Shown here piece after piece: positions 1 through 11,900 of a stretch of DNA of 64,000 nt (the first letter of the stretch is position 1; each line of letters starts with the position of its first letter). Origin of the DNA: Macrostomum lignano (taxonomy: Eukaryota); the NCBI GenBank assembly GCA_002269645.1, contig NIVC01000347.1, positions 62,001 through 126,000 of the forward strand. The letters run 5' to 3'. Made by a program: the position numbers and the translations under genes. The notes below the pieces were generated by a model. The model did no database searches. It saw only the letters and a list, made by a program, of their open reading frames with translations, and was not told where the DNA came from.

Positions 1-833
1 GCCGCTTTGCAAATTTTGGGTATAATTTGGGTGGGTGGGCGCTTCTGCATGCTCTCTGTTTCAACTATTGAAAATTGAAAATATTGAAAATATTTTGAAA
101 ATATTTTGAAATACTATTGAAAATAGTTGAAAATAAACATGATATCAGCTTTTTCAATATAAAAATGTAAAATTATGAATGTAATCTTTTTCAGTAAGAA
201 TCTCGACTTGTAAACTCTACTAATGGTAGTATGGCGTAATCAGTTACATTTGGTTTTGAGTAATTCACATATAAATATGCATATATGACGTGTTCTGTAA
301 AACTTGGATGTTAGTTGACTCATTTGGTAGTAGGTGAGATTGTACAGTTGGCGCGCACACACCGACCCACCTCTGCGCATATACTGTGCTGTACACGTAA
401 CAATTAGTGTTTCGAGTTGTACATATAATCTTGTGGGGTTGACGATTCAAATACGCAGAGCGGGGGCCGTCGTGTAGATTGGGGATTAATGTACATAATG
501 TACTGTACATATAAAAATTGTCATAGAAGTAGATTAATGCGCAAGTGTACATATAGAAGGATTGTACAAGTTGACAATACACATGTAGAATTGGGATAGA
601 CATGGAAGTAGACAATGTACATTTACAATTTGAGATAGATAGGGATTAATGCAGTACATGGGATTAATGTACATATATGAGCACATGGATTATTACGACT
701 ACATATTGCCATATCACGCTTAGGATAGCGTTGTTGTATACTACTTACTTCATTTTCAGATAGTAGTATAATTTGCGTTTTTTGCGTCAAAACATCTGAA
801 AATCAACCACTTTTGGTGCGATATGTAGTGCTG

Positions 834-1670
834 CTCTCTCTCTCTCTCTCTCTCTTCACTCCGACCTGCGGCCGCCCGCGGGAGGCCGGGTCGGGGCTGC
901 TCTGCCACCTGGATCGTCTATAGGCGGTTTTTGGCGGCCCACCCTCCGCAGGTAATCACAGAGGAGGCTGCCCTCGCCCCCCAGCACGGTATTCCAATCA
1001 ACGCTGATGCCGGGATGCGAGCCTGGTGGTAGCCTGGGCAGGTTAGGAGCAGATGCTCGACCGAGTCCGACTCTCCACGGGTAATGTATCGGTCGTCAGT
1101 AGTGAGGCCGAATCGGTGGAGTGTGTCGCGCGTGAGCGGGGATTTGCGCGTTCTCAGCTGGCAAAGGGTGACCTGGCCCCATCTCGGGAAATCGTCGTGG
1201 CCAGGCGTCGGGCTCGGATACGGGTGCATGTGGTCTCGCGTTTTTCGCCAACCTCGGATAACATGATTGATGGCAGTCCTAGCGGCGATAGGGGTGACGG
1301 AATTAGGCTGTTGTTGAGTCTCGGTAGCTCTCCCGGCCAACTCATCAGCCGCTTCGTTCCCAGGGAGGTTAGCGTGACCCGGCACCGATTGCAAGTGAAT
1401 TTTGCAGCCACTCGGCAGGGCAGCGATATTAGCCCAGACGCATCGGGTGACATCGTCCGCCGCAACGGTCGGGCCGCGCAGAATCGTTTGGAGGCCGGCA
1501 CGGGAATCCGTGCACAGCCTGACAGTAATGGCCGGGCTGCCGCCACTACGGAGGAGCTCAGCCAGGCGGGCAAGTGCCGCTTCGATCGCAACGAGCAAAT
1601 CGCCAATTGTTCCGGCCACACTCACCCGAGTAGCAGATTACAGTCACCCATGGCCCGTCCTACCGGCCAG
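834..1670 (-). mobile_element. 5'-truncated 3' end of an RNase H-containing non-LTR retrotransposon (I/Ingi/Tad-like group) with a (GA)n tail
   Basis: ORF 918-1625(-) has RNase H motifs (RLCTDSRAGLQ; LQSVPGHANLPGNEAADELA) and a degenerate C-terminal zinc knuckle (GESDSVEHLLLTCP). A GC-rich 3' UTR runs into (GA)n, seen as (CT)n at 834-855 on +. Stops and frameshifts lie upstream of 1625. Confidence 0.85.
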
Positions 1671-1735
1671 CGCCTGCTGCTGCTGCTGCTGCTCGTGAGC
1701 ACCAAGCGCATAAGTAAACTAGAAAAATGTTGGCA

Positions 1736-2330
1736 ATGATTAACTATCAGAAAATACTAGAAGACGAGATTTCAGGGCTTACATCAGCAGAGATATCATT
1801 TGTGTTTAGTGACGACATGCCTTCTGGGGAGTTTCATCAAACACCGGTTTAACTGTGGAGCAGACCTTGAATCTAGATGCTTTCGACAAGTGGCTCCATG
1901 ACAGTTACGGCATACAAAATCTAGCTCAATTGACCGCTGATCAACATCAAGAAATCAAGGACATGGAGGCAACAGCGGTGGTGAAATCTACCGAGGCTCA
2001 AACTAGACAACATGTGGCGAAATTCGAAGCATTTTCGAGATACCATTCGAGTTCGTCGGCCTTTGGCGGGCATTCCAGCGCGCGATACCTGAAAGAGTAT
2101 TTTCTACTGTTACTTGCTCGTCTTTCTAAGAAGGATGGAAGCTACTACGCTCCTGAATCATTCACATGCATTCTTGCTAGTCTTCATCGTGCTATCTATG
2201 GGCAAATTTAGCGGGCAAAATTTTCCGGACACATAATGAGGTTAGAAATTGCCTATCTCCGTCAAATTTTAGCGATTTTTGCGGGTGAAGAGTTTAAGAG
2301 TGGTGATCAGTCACTCGAAAACTCCCACTT
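1736..2330 (+). pseudogene. Degenerate Crypton/DUF3504-type tyrosine-recombinase N-terminal fragment
   Basis: ORF 1855-2211 contains STEAQTRQHVAKFEAF and LARLSKKDGSYYAPESFTCILASLHRAI, resembling the Crypton/ZMYM/QRICH1/KCTD1 'RKkDGeeYeP.Sl....asi.R.l' block. After the stop, IFAGEEFKSGDQSLE resembles the next motif. Recognised from memory, not by search. Confidence 0.5.
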
Positions 2331-4326
2331 CTAGACACTGGGGAACAATTGCCTAGGTACGAGTATATGCAAAATCAAAAAACTCTTACTGCAGCGGATC
2401 CTTTAGTGGCTTGTAGACGTCTTGGTTTGGCTTAGGTGATTCGGTACCTCCGGGAGTCCTTGACTTTTATCTGAATCAGAACTTCTTGACGGTCCTCGAG
2501 CTCGGAATTACCAATAGAACGTGCGCCCTAATGAACAATTGAATCCTCTAAGTTTGTGATAGGTCCTCCTGAAGGGCGGCTTCTTCGTTACGTCCGAAAC
2601 GTAACGGATAACTCAATTGAATCAACAAATCCTCTAGGAATGTATCCTAGGGCTATGGTTCCTCAGAGATTGGTCTTCTTCTTGTTTCTTCAGAGTCTTC
2701 TTAGAGACCGCTCTGAGTCTGAATTTTCGACTCGAATTTTCACTTATATTTATAGCAAAATTTTGGAGAAAACCGGTTTGGGATTGGGTATTTACTTAGG
2801 TCAAAAATGTTTGATTAAGCTGTCATGCATGTTTGAGCATTACCATATATGGAGTTAAACAAATACAGCTGTTGGAATCCGGTTCCTTGATCAAACAATG
2901 TAAGGTTCTAAATCGTTCTGTTTGCGCGCGATTCCTAAAATGAGATATGACTCATTCTAGAATAAATTGACTTTCCTAGAATATTACTTTAGGTAGAGCA
3001 TTACGGTATGGTTTAATAACTCTCTACACGGGCAAATAAAGCCGTAGAGACATTATCGGGCACGCCTAAAGGCTCGATGACTTAAAAAGCCTACTAACAA
3101 TTCCGCTTTGCAAACTGAAGGCTGCCCATAAAGTGGACAAGAGGCAATTCGTTTAAAAGGTCTGCATAGATATGCTTATTTGTGCTATTCAGCGCAAAAA
3201 AGAAGGCCCATGCAGTCAACCAAATTTAGAACCAACAGTTAATTACATTGTAGTGATAGTTACTAAGGCTTTTCGTCCTATGCGGACACATTTTCAGGGT
3301 GTATTTCATTTTTAAACAAAAGAGTGTATAAACTACGAGTAAGACAACATATTTATTTATCTCTGGTATTTGGGTTAAAAAAAAGAATATAAAATCAACG
3401 ACCCAACCCAAATATATTAATGTAAATATGTTGCCTGCTAACTCCTTGGTAATTATACTCTTGGTTAGAGGAAGACATTTTAAAGGATAGATTATGTAGC
3501 TATTTCAAAAGCCAATGCTGAAAGATTTAATTTTAGACTCACGGTTGAGCATTTAGCACATTGATGTACACGTAATGCGCGCTTTGCCTGTCTATTTCAC
3601 TGATTACAACTCGCGGAGAGCATCAGTAGCCTAACTTTGCTACTACGCTCGTATACTAGTAAGACAGCAAAAAAGCAGTATTTTACATTATTGGGTATTA
3701 GTTAAATACGATAGAATAATTTTTATAATTTGAATTGTTTTCCTTCGGATCTAATTCGTGCTATCTACTAAATTAAGATGTTATTTGTTATAGAGAGTAC
3801 TATATTATTCATTTATGCCCATTTCCTAGTTCATTTTATCGATTTAAATTCGGACGCTCTAAAGTTCAGCTTTAAATATTTACATTTAAAGATTTTGTAG
3901 GAAACATTTTTCTGCATCGAACCGGACATTTCTGTTTCTGTAAATTGTTAAAAATAAAAAATGATCGCCAGTGCTTTGATAAACAGTTCAGTTTATATAT
4001 TGACATAAATCGGCCAAATTCATTTTGATTATTTTGAAAAATAACAATAATTTTTTATCAAGCTGCGCATAACTGAAAAGTTTTACCGATTAATATACAT
4101 GTAGTTGATGACTTCAGTACAAGCGAAGGTTTAATAAGAAGCCGTGCAAAATACGATCTCCTACATGGTAGTAAAACAAAACTGTTGCTCTACTGTATCT
4201 TTATCAAAGAAGTAGAAACGTAGAATTATAATAATTTGTAAGGTTTTAACTCGTAAACACACTGCAATCTTTTACACCGCTGATCGCTACAGAGGAAATC
4301 TTACTTTTCTTTGCTGATTTCCCAGT

Positions 4327-5169
4327 TTAAATTTTGAAGTACCAGAAGGGATCGGCGCATTCGCAGGCTCCAAGCATCGCGTGATAACTCGATCTGTCGT
4401 TCAAACCAAAGTACTGAATTCTGGCTCGCTTGTCGCTTTCGTAGGTTCCGCTACCCTTACCGGCTTGCCAGACTCCTCCGCTTGTCGTGTTCAGCAGCGG
4501 CAGAGGCCAGCCGCAGTCCGCCCACTCCCAGCTGCTGTTGCTCAGAATCGATGCGCTAACCCAGATATCCTCGGTGGAAAATCCGGTTGAATTCCTCACG
4601 TCCTGCAGCTCCTCAACGCTGCCGAGATCGGCCAGCTTCGTCAGCCGCATGACGGATCCGTCCGAGCTGCTCAAGAAGCTCCGGCAGCTGTTGGCCTGAG
4701 CACTCCAGCTGGCCTCCTGCCCGCTCCCAGCAGCCTTGTACAGCGAGCCCTTGAAGCTGCTGCCGCTGACGCCGGACACCCAGCGATAGTCGGCGGGACA
4801 GAGCCGGCCCGGCTCGAGACCCTCCGACTGCTTGACGAAGACTCGGAGCTGCCGGCTGGCGCAGCCGCTGCTCGCTATCGAGCTGGCATCGAGCAGCAGC
4901 TGCGAGCTGCAGGCATCGAAGGAGAACAGCAGGCAGACCTGAGCGTCCGAGGCGTGTCCGGCCTCCATGGCGAAGGCCCGGCATCGCGGAGCTGCCCGAC
5001 AGCGAATTGCGCAGGTCAAAACATCGACTTGAAGCTCCTGGTAGTGGCCTGGGGACACGCAGTTAGAGGTGATGATGGAATGGAAGACTGCTCTCTGCCT
5101 GCAGCAGGGCGCCAGGTGACTCAGCAGCAGCAAAGTCAGCAGCAGTCGCGCAACCTCGTCTGTAAACAT
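4327..5169 (-). CDS. Secreted PAN/apple + C-type lectin-like domain protein, single exon, 280 aa
   Basis: Signal peptide (ARLLLTLLLLSHLAPC); PAN-type CAIRCRAAPRCRAF...CLLF; CTLD-like C..W...ANSCRS...LADL...DIWVSA...WEWAD...GACEC; GC-rich uninterrupted ORF. Confidence 0.8.
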   Translation of the reverse strand: MFTDEVARLLLTLLLLSHLAPCCRQRAVFHSIITSNCVSPGHYQELQVDVLTCAIRCRAAPRCRAFAMEAGHASDAQVCLLFSFDACSSQLLLDASSIASSGCASRQLRVFVKQSEGLEPGRLCPADYRWVSGVSGSSFKGSLYKAAGSGQEASWSAQANSCRSFLSSSDGSVMRLTKLADLGSVEELQDVRNSTGFSTEDIWVSASILSNSSWEWADCGWPLPLLNTTSGGVWQAGKGSGTYESDKRARIQYFGLNDRSSYHAMLGACECADPFWYFKI

Positions 5170-5221
5170 GCTCGGGTTTAGGTAGAGATCGATGGGTGTG
5201 AAAGACGCCTGCTGCAGCTAA

Positions 5222-5229
5222 ATTTATAG
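5222..5229 (-). promoter_or_regulatory. TATA box of the PAN-CTL gene
   Basis: CTATAAAT on the minus strand about 55 nt upstream of the ATG at 5169. Confidence 0.5.
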
Positions 5230-5608
5230 GAAATTTTTTCTTGCTTAGTCGGTGCTTACTCGTGTTCAGCCAACTGTTTCCGCATGAGAAACAACCAGCA
5301 TTTTGCGCTCTCTCTTGTGATTCCCATACAGAAAAGGATGACTACTGTGCCTTCTTTGTTTCGATTTCACAGCAGTTTTTCCATATCCGGTGTCCAGCCT
5401 ACAGGGCTTAGAAATGCAAGACTAACAATAAGCTAGAAGCAGGAAGATGGAACAATAGAACTAGAGAAAGCAGGGGCCGCAGTAGTGCGCAGCAGCGCAT
5501 GGCAAAAGTACAGCAATTACTCCATCATTTCAGACAGAAATAGATGGCGAGGCGGAAACAGGCGTAGGCGGCCGGTGCGGAGGCCGCTCCAGAGGAGGAG
5601 CGGTGCGG

Positions 5609-5986
5609 ACCAAGGATGATATATAACAACTGGATTGTCAGACTACTCCACCTAAAAGGATTGAATATGCCTAAAATATGTGACTTGCAAAACCCCTGCT
5701 TCCAACTCATTGGCTGCTATTTTTAGCTCACTTCTTATACCGGCCTATGTAAAAACTGCCTGATGGTGGTTAGAAAACTACGCGTAGCTAGGGACGGGAG
5801 GGCTCGCGAGCCGTGGTGGGTAGAGAAATAAATTTAGAGGTGCGTTTGCAAGGTTGTTATATATATATTCCTAGTGTACTTGAAACCCTGCAGCCAATCA
5901 GCATGAAGGAGGGGATTCGCGAGTCAAAAATTTAGGCATGCTTTAGCGCCAGCCTGATAATCCAAGTGTTATATATCCTCCTTGGT
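5609..5986. repeat. Diverged inverted repeat of about 100-110 bp (5609-5717 vs 5890-5986); each arm has a CCAAT and a TATA-like motif
   Basis: accaaggatgatatataacaactggattgtcag...atgcctaaa...attggctgc on + matches accaaggaggatatataacacttggattatcag...atgcctaaa...attggctgc on -. Confidence 0.8.
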
Positions 5987-6629
5987 GCGGGTGCATTTGG
6001 GACCGACTTTGTCCCAGTGCTCGAGTTAAGGGGTAACCCCATCTGGCGTAGCAACCGTGGACGGACGCGGACGCGCGGACCGGCCTGTACAAAAGGACTG
6101 TGAAAGAACTTAAGACTGAACCTCCCCCGGATACTCTAACGCAACCAGAGTAAACTGGAGGAGGCTCACCGCCCAACCCTCGCCCCGTTAGCAACATACA
6201 TGTCTAGGCTCAATTCTGTTGCATGCACTGTTTGTGTAAACCTACCGTCGTCAACCAGGGGATATTCCACCCCATCGACGGAAGGGGAAGAAATTGTGGC
6301 AAACGGAAAATAGACTCAAACTGAGCCCAGAGCGGCACTTCTAGTCTCAGAAACCGTTTGCAAAGTTGAGTTGCACGATTATACTGAATTAAGTACCGAA
6401 GTAGCCAACCGTTCAGCGACGTAGAGTCTTACACAGCCTTTCTTGCAGAGCATCACTCCTTAATAGGCAGTACGCAAGGTCGGTGTGAATATAAACTGGG
6501 GCTCGCTAGGGACTCCTGTCGAGCTGTGCGGCGTGCGCCGGTACTACGCGTCCAGATATTCATCGACATCTGCCGTTTAGTCTTTGCCTTCGGCGACGGC
6601 TGAGAGGATGGCTTTGTTGAGGCCTGTGG

Positions 6630-7390
6630 TCAGTTTATGACTCTAAAAGTGCTCACAGCGGCTGGGCTATACTCGTACCCAGTAACAATCAAAAGAGATG
6701 AATTTTTCTCACTTATTGCGACATGCGAGTGACGCAAATTACGGCACGCGCGAAGCTTATTGCTTCTTGGGGGTTCTCCGATGCGGTCCCCAGACATGAA
6801 TCCCATCAACAAGCTGTTGGTCTTTGGAGGCTTGCGGGCTGACCCACCTGGCTGGCGGCGGCGCAGCATGCTGACGCCTTCGGAGGTGGCAGCGCTTTTC
6901 GGCCGCCTCATGAGTTCTCGCCAGCTGTAGAGTCTGCTGATATTTGATGCTGATATTTGGTAAGTTTAAGAGTCGCTTCCTTAGAGCGTCGCTCGATCAG
7001 TGACTTCTGCAGGTCTCCAAACTGACAAATTGCCCTCTTGAAGACAATTCCGGAATTGATATCTGATAAATACGACGTTTTCGCTGCCTTTAAACAGCTG
7101 TTTGCTGAAGAACTGGATAAGTATTGCAATGTTTGCACTTTGGCCTTCGGCGATCGTTTTGCTGTTTGCGATCTCTTTTGTTTTGTTTGTTTCTTTTCAT
7201 TTTTCTGTTTTGCTGTCGCTGTCTTTCTTTTCGGCGGTGTAGAGCAGAATTTTCCGCTTTTGGGTCTCACTGGTGATGCCGCTGGCCGCCAGCTAGCGCT
7301 GTAGGTTGTCAGCCCATTCTTGCCTACGTTTGCTGACAGTGTGTGGGTCTTCTCTAACGCTGAATGCTGCTGGGGCGGTATGGGCGTCTA
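6630..7390 (-). mobile_element. Degenerate Ty3/gypsy gag remnant
   Basis: Minus-strand frames give RQEWADNLQR*LAASGITSETQKRKILLYTA (typical gypsy gag N-terminus) and AICQFGDLQKSLIE...ATLKLTK, with stops and frameshifts. Confidence 0.5.
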
Positions 7391-7528
7391 TGTATAGTTT
7401 GCCCTTTTTATTTTAACATGTGCAGAATAAGTCTTATAAGTTCATTGGCTTTTATGTTCAACTGCAAATTTCGATCGCCAGTTGAAACTTTTCTAACTTT
7501 CACTTGTGCAAACAATTAAGCGTGGGAA

Positions 7529-7913
7529 CAGGTGACACGACCAGGTGGCACGTCCAGGTGACACGACCAGGTGGCACGTCCAGGTGACACGACCAGGTGG
7601 CACGTCCAGGTGACACGACCAGGTGGCACGTCCAGGTGACACGACCAGGTGGCACGTCCAGGTGACACGACCAGGTGGCACGTCCAGGTGACACGACCAG
7701 GTGGCACGTCCAGGTGACACGACCAGGTGGCACGTCCAGGTGACACGACCAGGTGGCACGTCCAGGTGACACGACCAGGTGGCACGTCCAGGTGACACGA
7801 CCAGGTGGCACGTCCAGGTGACACGACCAGGTGGCACGTCCAGGTGACACGACCAGGTGGCACGTCCAGGTGACACGACCAGGTGGCACGTCCAGGTGAC
7901 ATGTCCAGGTGTC
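7529..7913 (+). repeat. 26-bp minisatellite (13+13 dimer) caggtgacacgac-caggtggcacgtc, about 15 near-perfect units
   Basis: Read directly; explains the three overlapping repeat ORFs at 7493-7902. Confidence 0.97.
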
Positions 7914-8592
7914 CTAGCCTATCCTCGTTCCTAAACTTATGAGCATTTTCTAATGGCTCATATGCAGCAGTTGCAAGGCTATGGCTCGCTCTTGCGACGC
8001 CAATGTAATGGCTATCGTAAAAGGTCGAAGTGTGTTGACACGAAAAGTGGAGCCCTGTTGGGTGGGCCGATGATATTTATTTTTCCTACGATGGATATTA
8101 ATCAAACTACCAGAGTGAGGGACAATCACCGCACTTGAAGTGCATGAATTTTACATACTGTACGCAACGTTGATGTACATATGAATGCATATTGGGGCTG
8201 GTTTGGGCACTACGAGTGATTTTAATTGCAAGTGACATATTAAGTTATCTTACTAGCTGAGAAAAACATTACTAGTCCTTGATATTTGAATATATTTGAT
8301 TTGATTTTATCTAATATCAGTCAACATTTGTTTGGCATATACCAGTATTTACAGCCAATCTTCTGCACCCGGATATATTGTATTTATTTTGAAGAAAATC
8401 TATATTAAAAAAAGATTTTCGGAATAGGAAAATTAGTAAATCGAAGGAAGAGAATTTCAAGAAAATGACTTAACGAGACGCTACAGAGAGAGCAGTAAAC
8501 GAAAAAGACTTAGTATCTAAGCATATGGTGACGAATTCAAAGAATTTTTGTATTCGAATTATTACTCGAATATTGTATTGTATTGAATTTTC

Positions 8593-8637
8593 GTCCTTAA
8601 GCAAGACACACTTAACTTCAGTTCACCCAGATGTAAA
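8593..8637 (+). mobile_element. SINE fragment (central domain only)
   Basis: gtccttaagcaagacacacttaacttcagttcacccagatgtaaa is nearly identical to the SINE body at about 13833-13880. Confidence 0.8.
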
Positions 8638-8925
8638 TACATATTATTTACACCAGTGCGTGAATGTGCAATGAAGATCTGTAATTGCACAAATTCAATA
8701 CATGCCTCATGTTAAAGCTGTTACTCTCGCGAAGTCACGCTTGCCAAGTAGCTATCTTAAATCATTGTCAAAATTATCCGCGTACACTCTTCACTCTCAT
8801 CAGGTGAATTTTCACAATTTTATAAACAAAAATTTGGCTGTTTAATTAGATTATTTATCGATGCAGCAAGAAAGTTGGCTCTGGAATTATTCTAGCTAGT
8901 CACTTTGGCCAGAAATAGACAGAAA

Positions 8926-11900
8926 ATGCGATTGCTGCCATCTGGAGAAGGTGTAAAGCGATTTGTTTTACTCCTAATTCTTTGTCACTTGAAAATAGTT
9001 CGTTGCACGAGTAAGTGAACAGCGGTTCTGTTTTCTTTTTTACTTACTTTAAAATTATAGCAAAATAATAGTACATCAAAGCACATGACCGGTTTTGAAC
9101 ACATTTCAGGGCCTTGTACTAATCAAGTTCGCTTGGAAAAATTTTCCGGAATCATAGATCACCCGGGTGCCGGCAAAAATTACTCAGCTGACTCAGATGT
9201 TTGCTGGCTAATCGAAATTGAAGGATCAGTTGCTATACGATTTACTAAATTTGATCTAGAAAACAACTATGACTGGATAAAAATCTATGAGGATACTACT
9301 CTTCCTGAGAGTGAAAGTAAAGTAAGGTTTCACCTTAGCAATGTGGAACAGGTAGCTAATTCTGAGTTTTGGCTGACTGGCAGGGTAGTACTAATTCGGT
9401 TCAAAAGCGACACCAGTGTTCAGAAGACTGGATTTCGTCTTATGTATCGAAAAATTCCTTTTTACACACTGCCTGTTGCAGGTAAGTTTCCAATGGCAAT
9501 ACATGGTCAATATGGACTGCATAAAACTGCATATGTAGGTGATGGTGCATTCGCTAACTCTCATAATGTGAATTTTACTTGAGTAGTTGTTCGCTGCAAA
9601 TTTCACTAATTATATAAAAAAATTTAAGTTACAGTTACTTAAATTTAAGATACTTACATGGAGACTAGCCAATTGTACATTGCAAATAGCTCAGATATTC
9701 GTTTCGGTCTAAGTTTCGTTTAAATTGATTTTTTACGTTCTTCTATCCGCTTTACTAAGCCCTTTAATTTGCCAAAAAGGTGGACCATCAGCCGTTGAGA
9801 TCATATCTGGTGCATCGGCTGGCGTAGTTCACAGCCACGCCGGGTTCGAAAAAGGCAAGAACTATTCGCACAATGTCCAGCAGGCTTGGAGCATCAGAGC
9901 GCAGCCAAGCCAGCTAATTCGAGTCACATCCCTAGATGAAATCGTCATGCCATTTCTTAGCAGATCTGTCTGGAGCTTCTCGCTACGTTCTTGCAAGAAC
10001 GTAACAGATCTGCACTATTAAAATATATAGGCAGAACTTACAAGATCTGCAGGAAGATCTTGCACGGTCTGCACGAGCAGATCTTAGGAGATCTGGGCAG
10101 ATCTTGTAAGATGTATTAAGCTTTACCAATTGAATGCATTGTCCGTCTTATCAAATCTTCCAAGATCTGTTTAGTAATCCATTTATAAAACCCCAATGCA
10201 CTAATTTAATTCCAATAAAGAACACGAGTTATGACAGGACTTTCTTATTTGATTCTGCACTTTTAGTATTGTGCTAGTAAGCTGCCAGAACAAAAGCAAA
10301 TGTCATTGAACAATTAAAATAAAGTAGACATATTTATTTGTGAAAATGTAATTGTAAACAAATACACATATATGCTCATGAAATAAAACTTGTATGCACA
10401 AGGGAAATGGCACAAGCAAAAAATAAGTCAACTTCAAAACAAAAGTTAAGCACACATTCAATAGAAAAAATACTAATGGTACAATGGACTAATAAAATTA
10501 GGGTGAGCAATACTTTTAGAAACTAAAAAATAGAAGCAGAAACATTTGAAAAAAAAACCAGGTGCATCTTTTACTACAATGTACAATTAAATTGGTTTGC
10601 AAATAATTGAAACTGAAAGAGTCCAGTACTGAAAGATTTTAAAGTCAATATTGCTAGAAAGCTTACTTTGTTATCAATAAAAGTAGGTCTATAAGAGCTC
10701 TTAGTAATACTTTAGGGCTCTTTATCATGTTGCATTTTTACTTTAGGCTGGATTCATTTTTTCTTTTAGCAAACATAGGATGCTTGCCACTTTGCCATTT
10801 GGTATAAAGACAAGCTTGGAACCCATAAGTAGCGATGCCATATTGACCATGTAAAGTAGCAGCAATGAAAGGGAAAATTGTAGTAAAGTTCTGGGATTTT
10901 AAACATTAATATTCAATTCAAAATAACTAAAACATAAAACAAATATCATTGTTATGTTTTTAAATAGTCAGAGTAATAACTTTTGTAAAAGTTCTTTGGT
11001 CTAATTAAATTTAGACCTGTTTTTCTTCTATTCTATATTTTTCATATTATTTATCTAGGCTTATCTAGTATCAATAATTTTAGATTTTGCTATGCCTATC
11101 TATATTCTTCAAATAGTAGGTCAAGGCTTAAGATAACTTTCTAACAACCACAAGCCTATATTTAAGCATCCAGGTTTAATTCTAATTCAGAAAAACTATA
11201 CCCTATATAGCAATTACAATTTTTAGTAGAGTAGGGCCTATTTTATTTTAAAATTAAAATGATAAGCCTAGTTATAACACTATTTACTAAAAATAGGCAT
11301 TACATTCTTAACCTAAGTGTTTAAAATCAAGGAGGGATTAAAACCAAGTTTTACAGATATGTCAGTCTACCTATTTATAAATCTAGATAAGCATATATAA
11401 AACAAACAAAAACAGAATAGACCTATTTAATTAAGATTTACTTACTAGCTAGGTCACTAGAACTAGCCTAGCCCTAGCCTAGGGGCTAGAACTAGGTATG
11501 TATATATAAATATAATATAATGAAATGCAAAAGACTACAAAAATACTGATCTATGGGCCTTTTCATATTGCTTGTTCTGGTTCCAGAACCAGAACCAATT
11601 TGTGAAGTATAACTTTTTGTCTCCAAAGCTAGAAGGAGATACCTGCTATAAAGTTTTTATTATTGAATGACAATCGCCAAGAAGAAAGTGAAAAATCGTG
11701 CAAAGTGAGGCTGTTACGGCAGTCAAATATTAACAGAGTTTAATAGTTATACTGCTGTTTTTCTTGGAATTCCGAACCGATTCTGGTTCTGGAATTGGTA
11801 ATATGAAAAGGCCCTATGTATGTAACTGAATTTCTGAATTATTAATGGATTAATGAATTATTAATGGACAACATCACTAGGTCTAGACATGCATTCTGTT

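Noticed and set aside
1053-1739. Plus-strand ORFs over the LINE, plus antisense or alternate-frame ORFs over the lectin, protocadherin, FReD and terminal genes
   Set aside because: Shadow ORFs of GC-rich coding sequence.
7493-7902. Repeat-derived ORFs here and at 21508-22170, 23602-24211, 25740-26201, 29172-30843, 37847-38303, 40441-43441, 44092-46396, 52015-52563, 54950-56800, 59516-59878 and 63496-63825
   Set aside because: They are translations of mini- or microsatellites, mostly intronic or intergenic, open in several frames, with no unique coding signal.
7529-7913. CRISPR-like arrays (any of the regular repeats)
   Set aside because: No unique spacers, no cas genes, eukaryotic intron context.
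9501-10852. 15-bp inverted match acatggtcaatatgg (9501-9515 vs 10838-10852)
   Set aside because: Similarity does not extend, and it is compatible with chance in a 64-kb AT-rich window.
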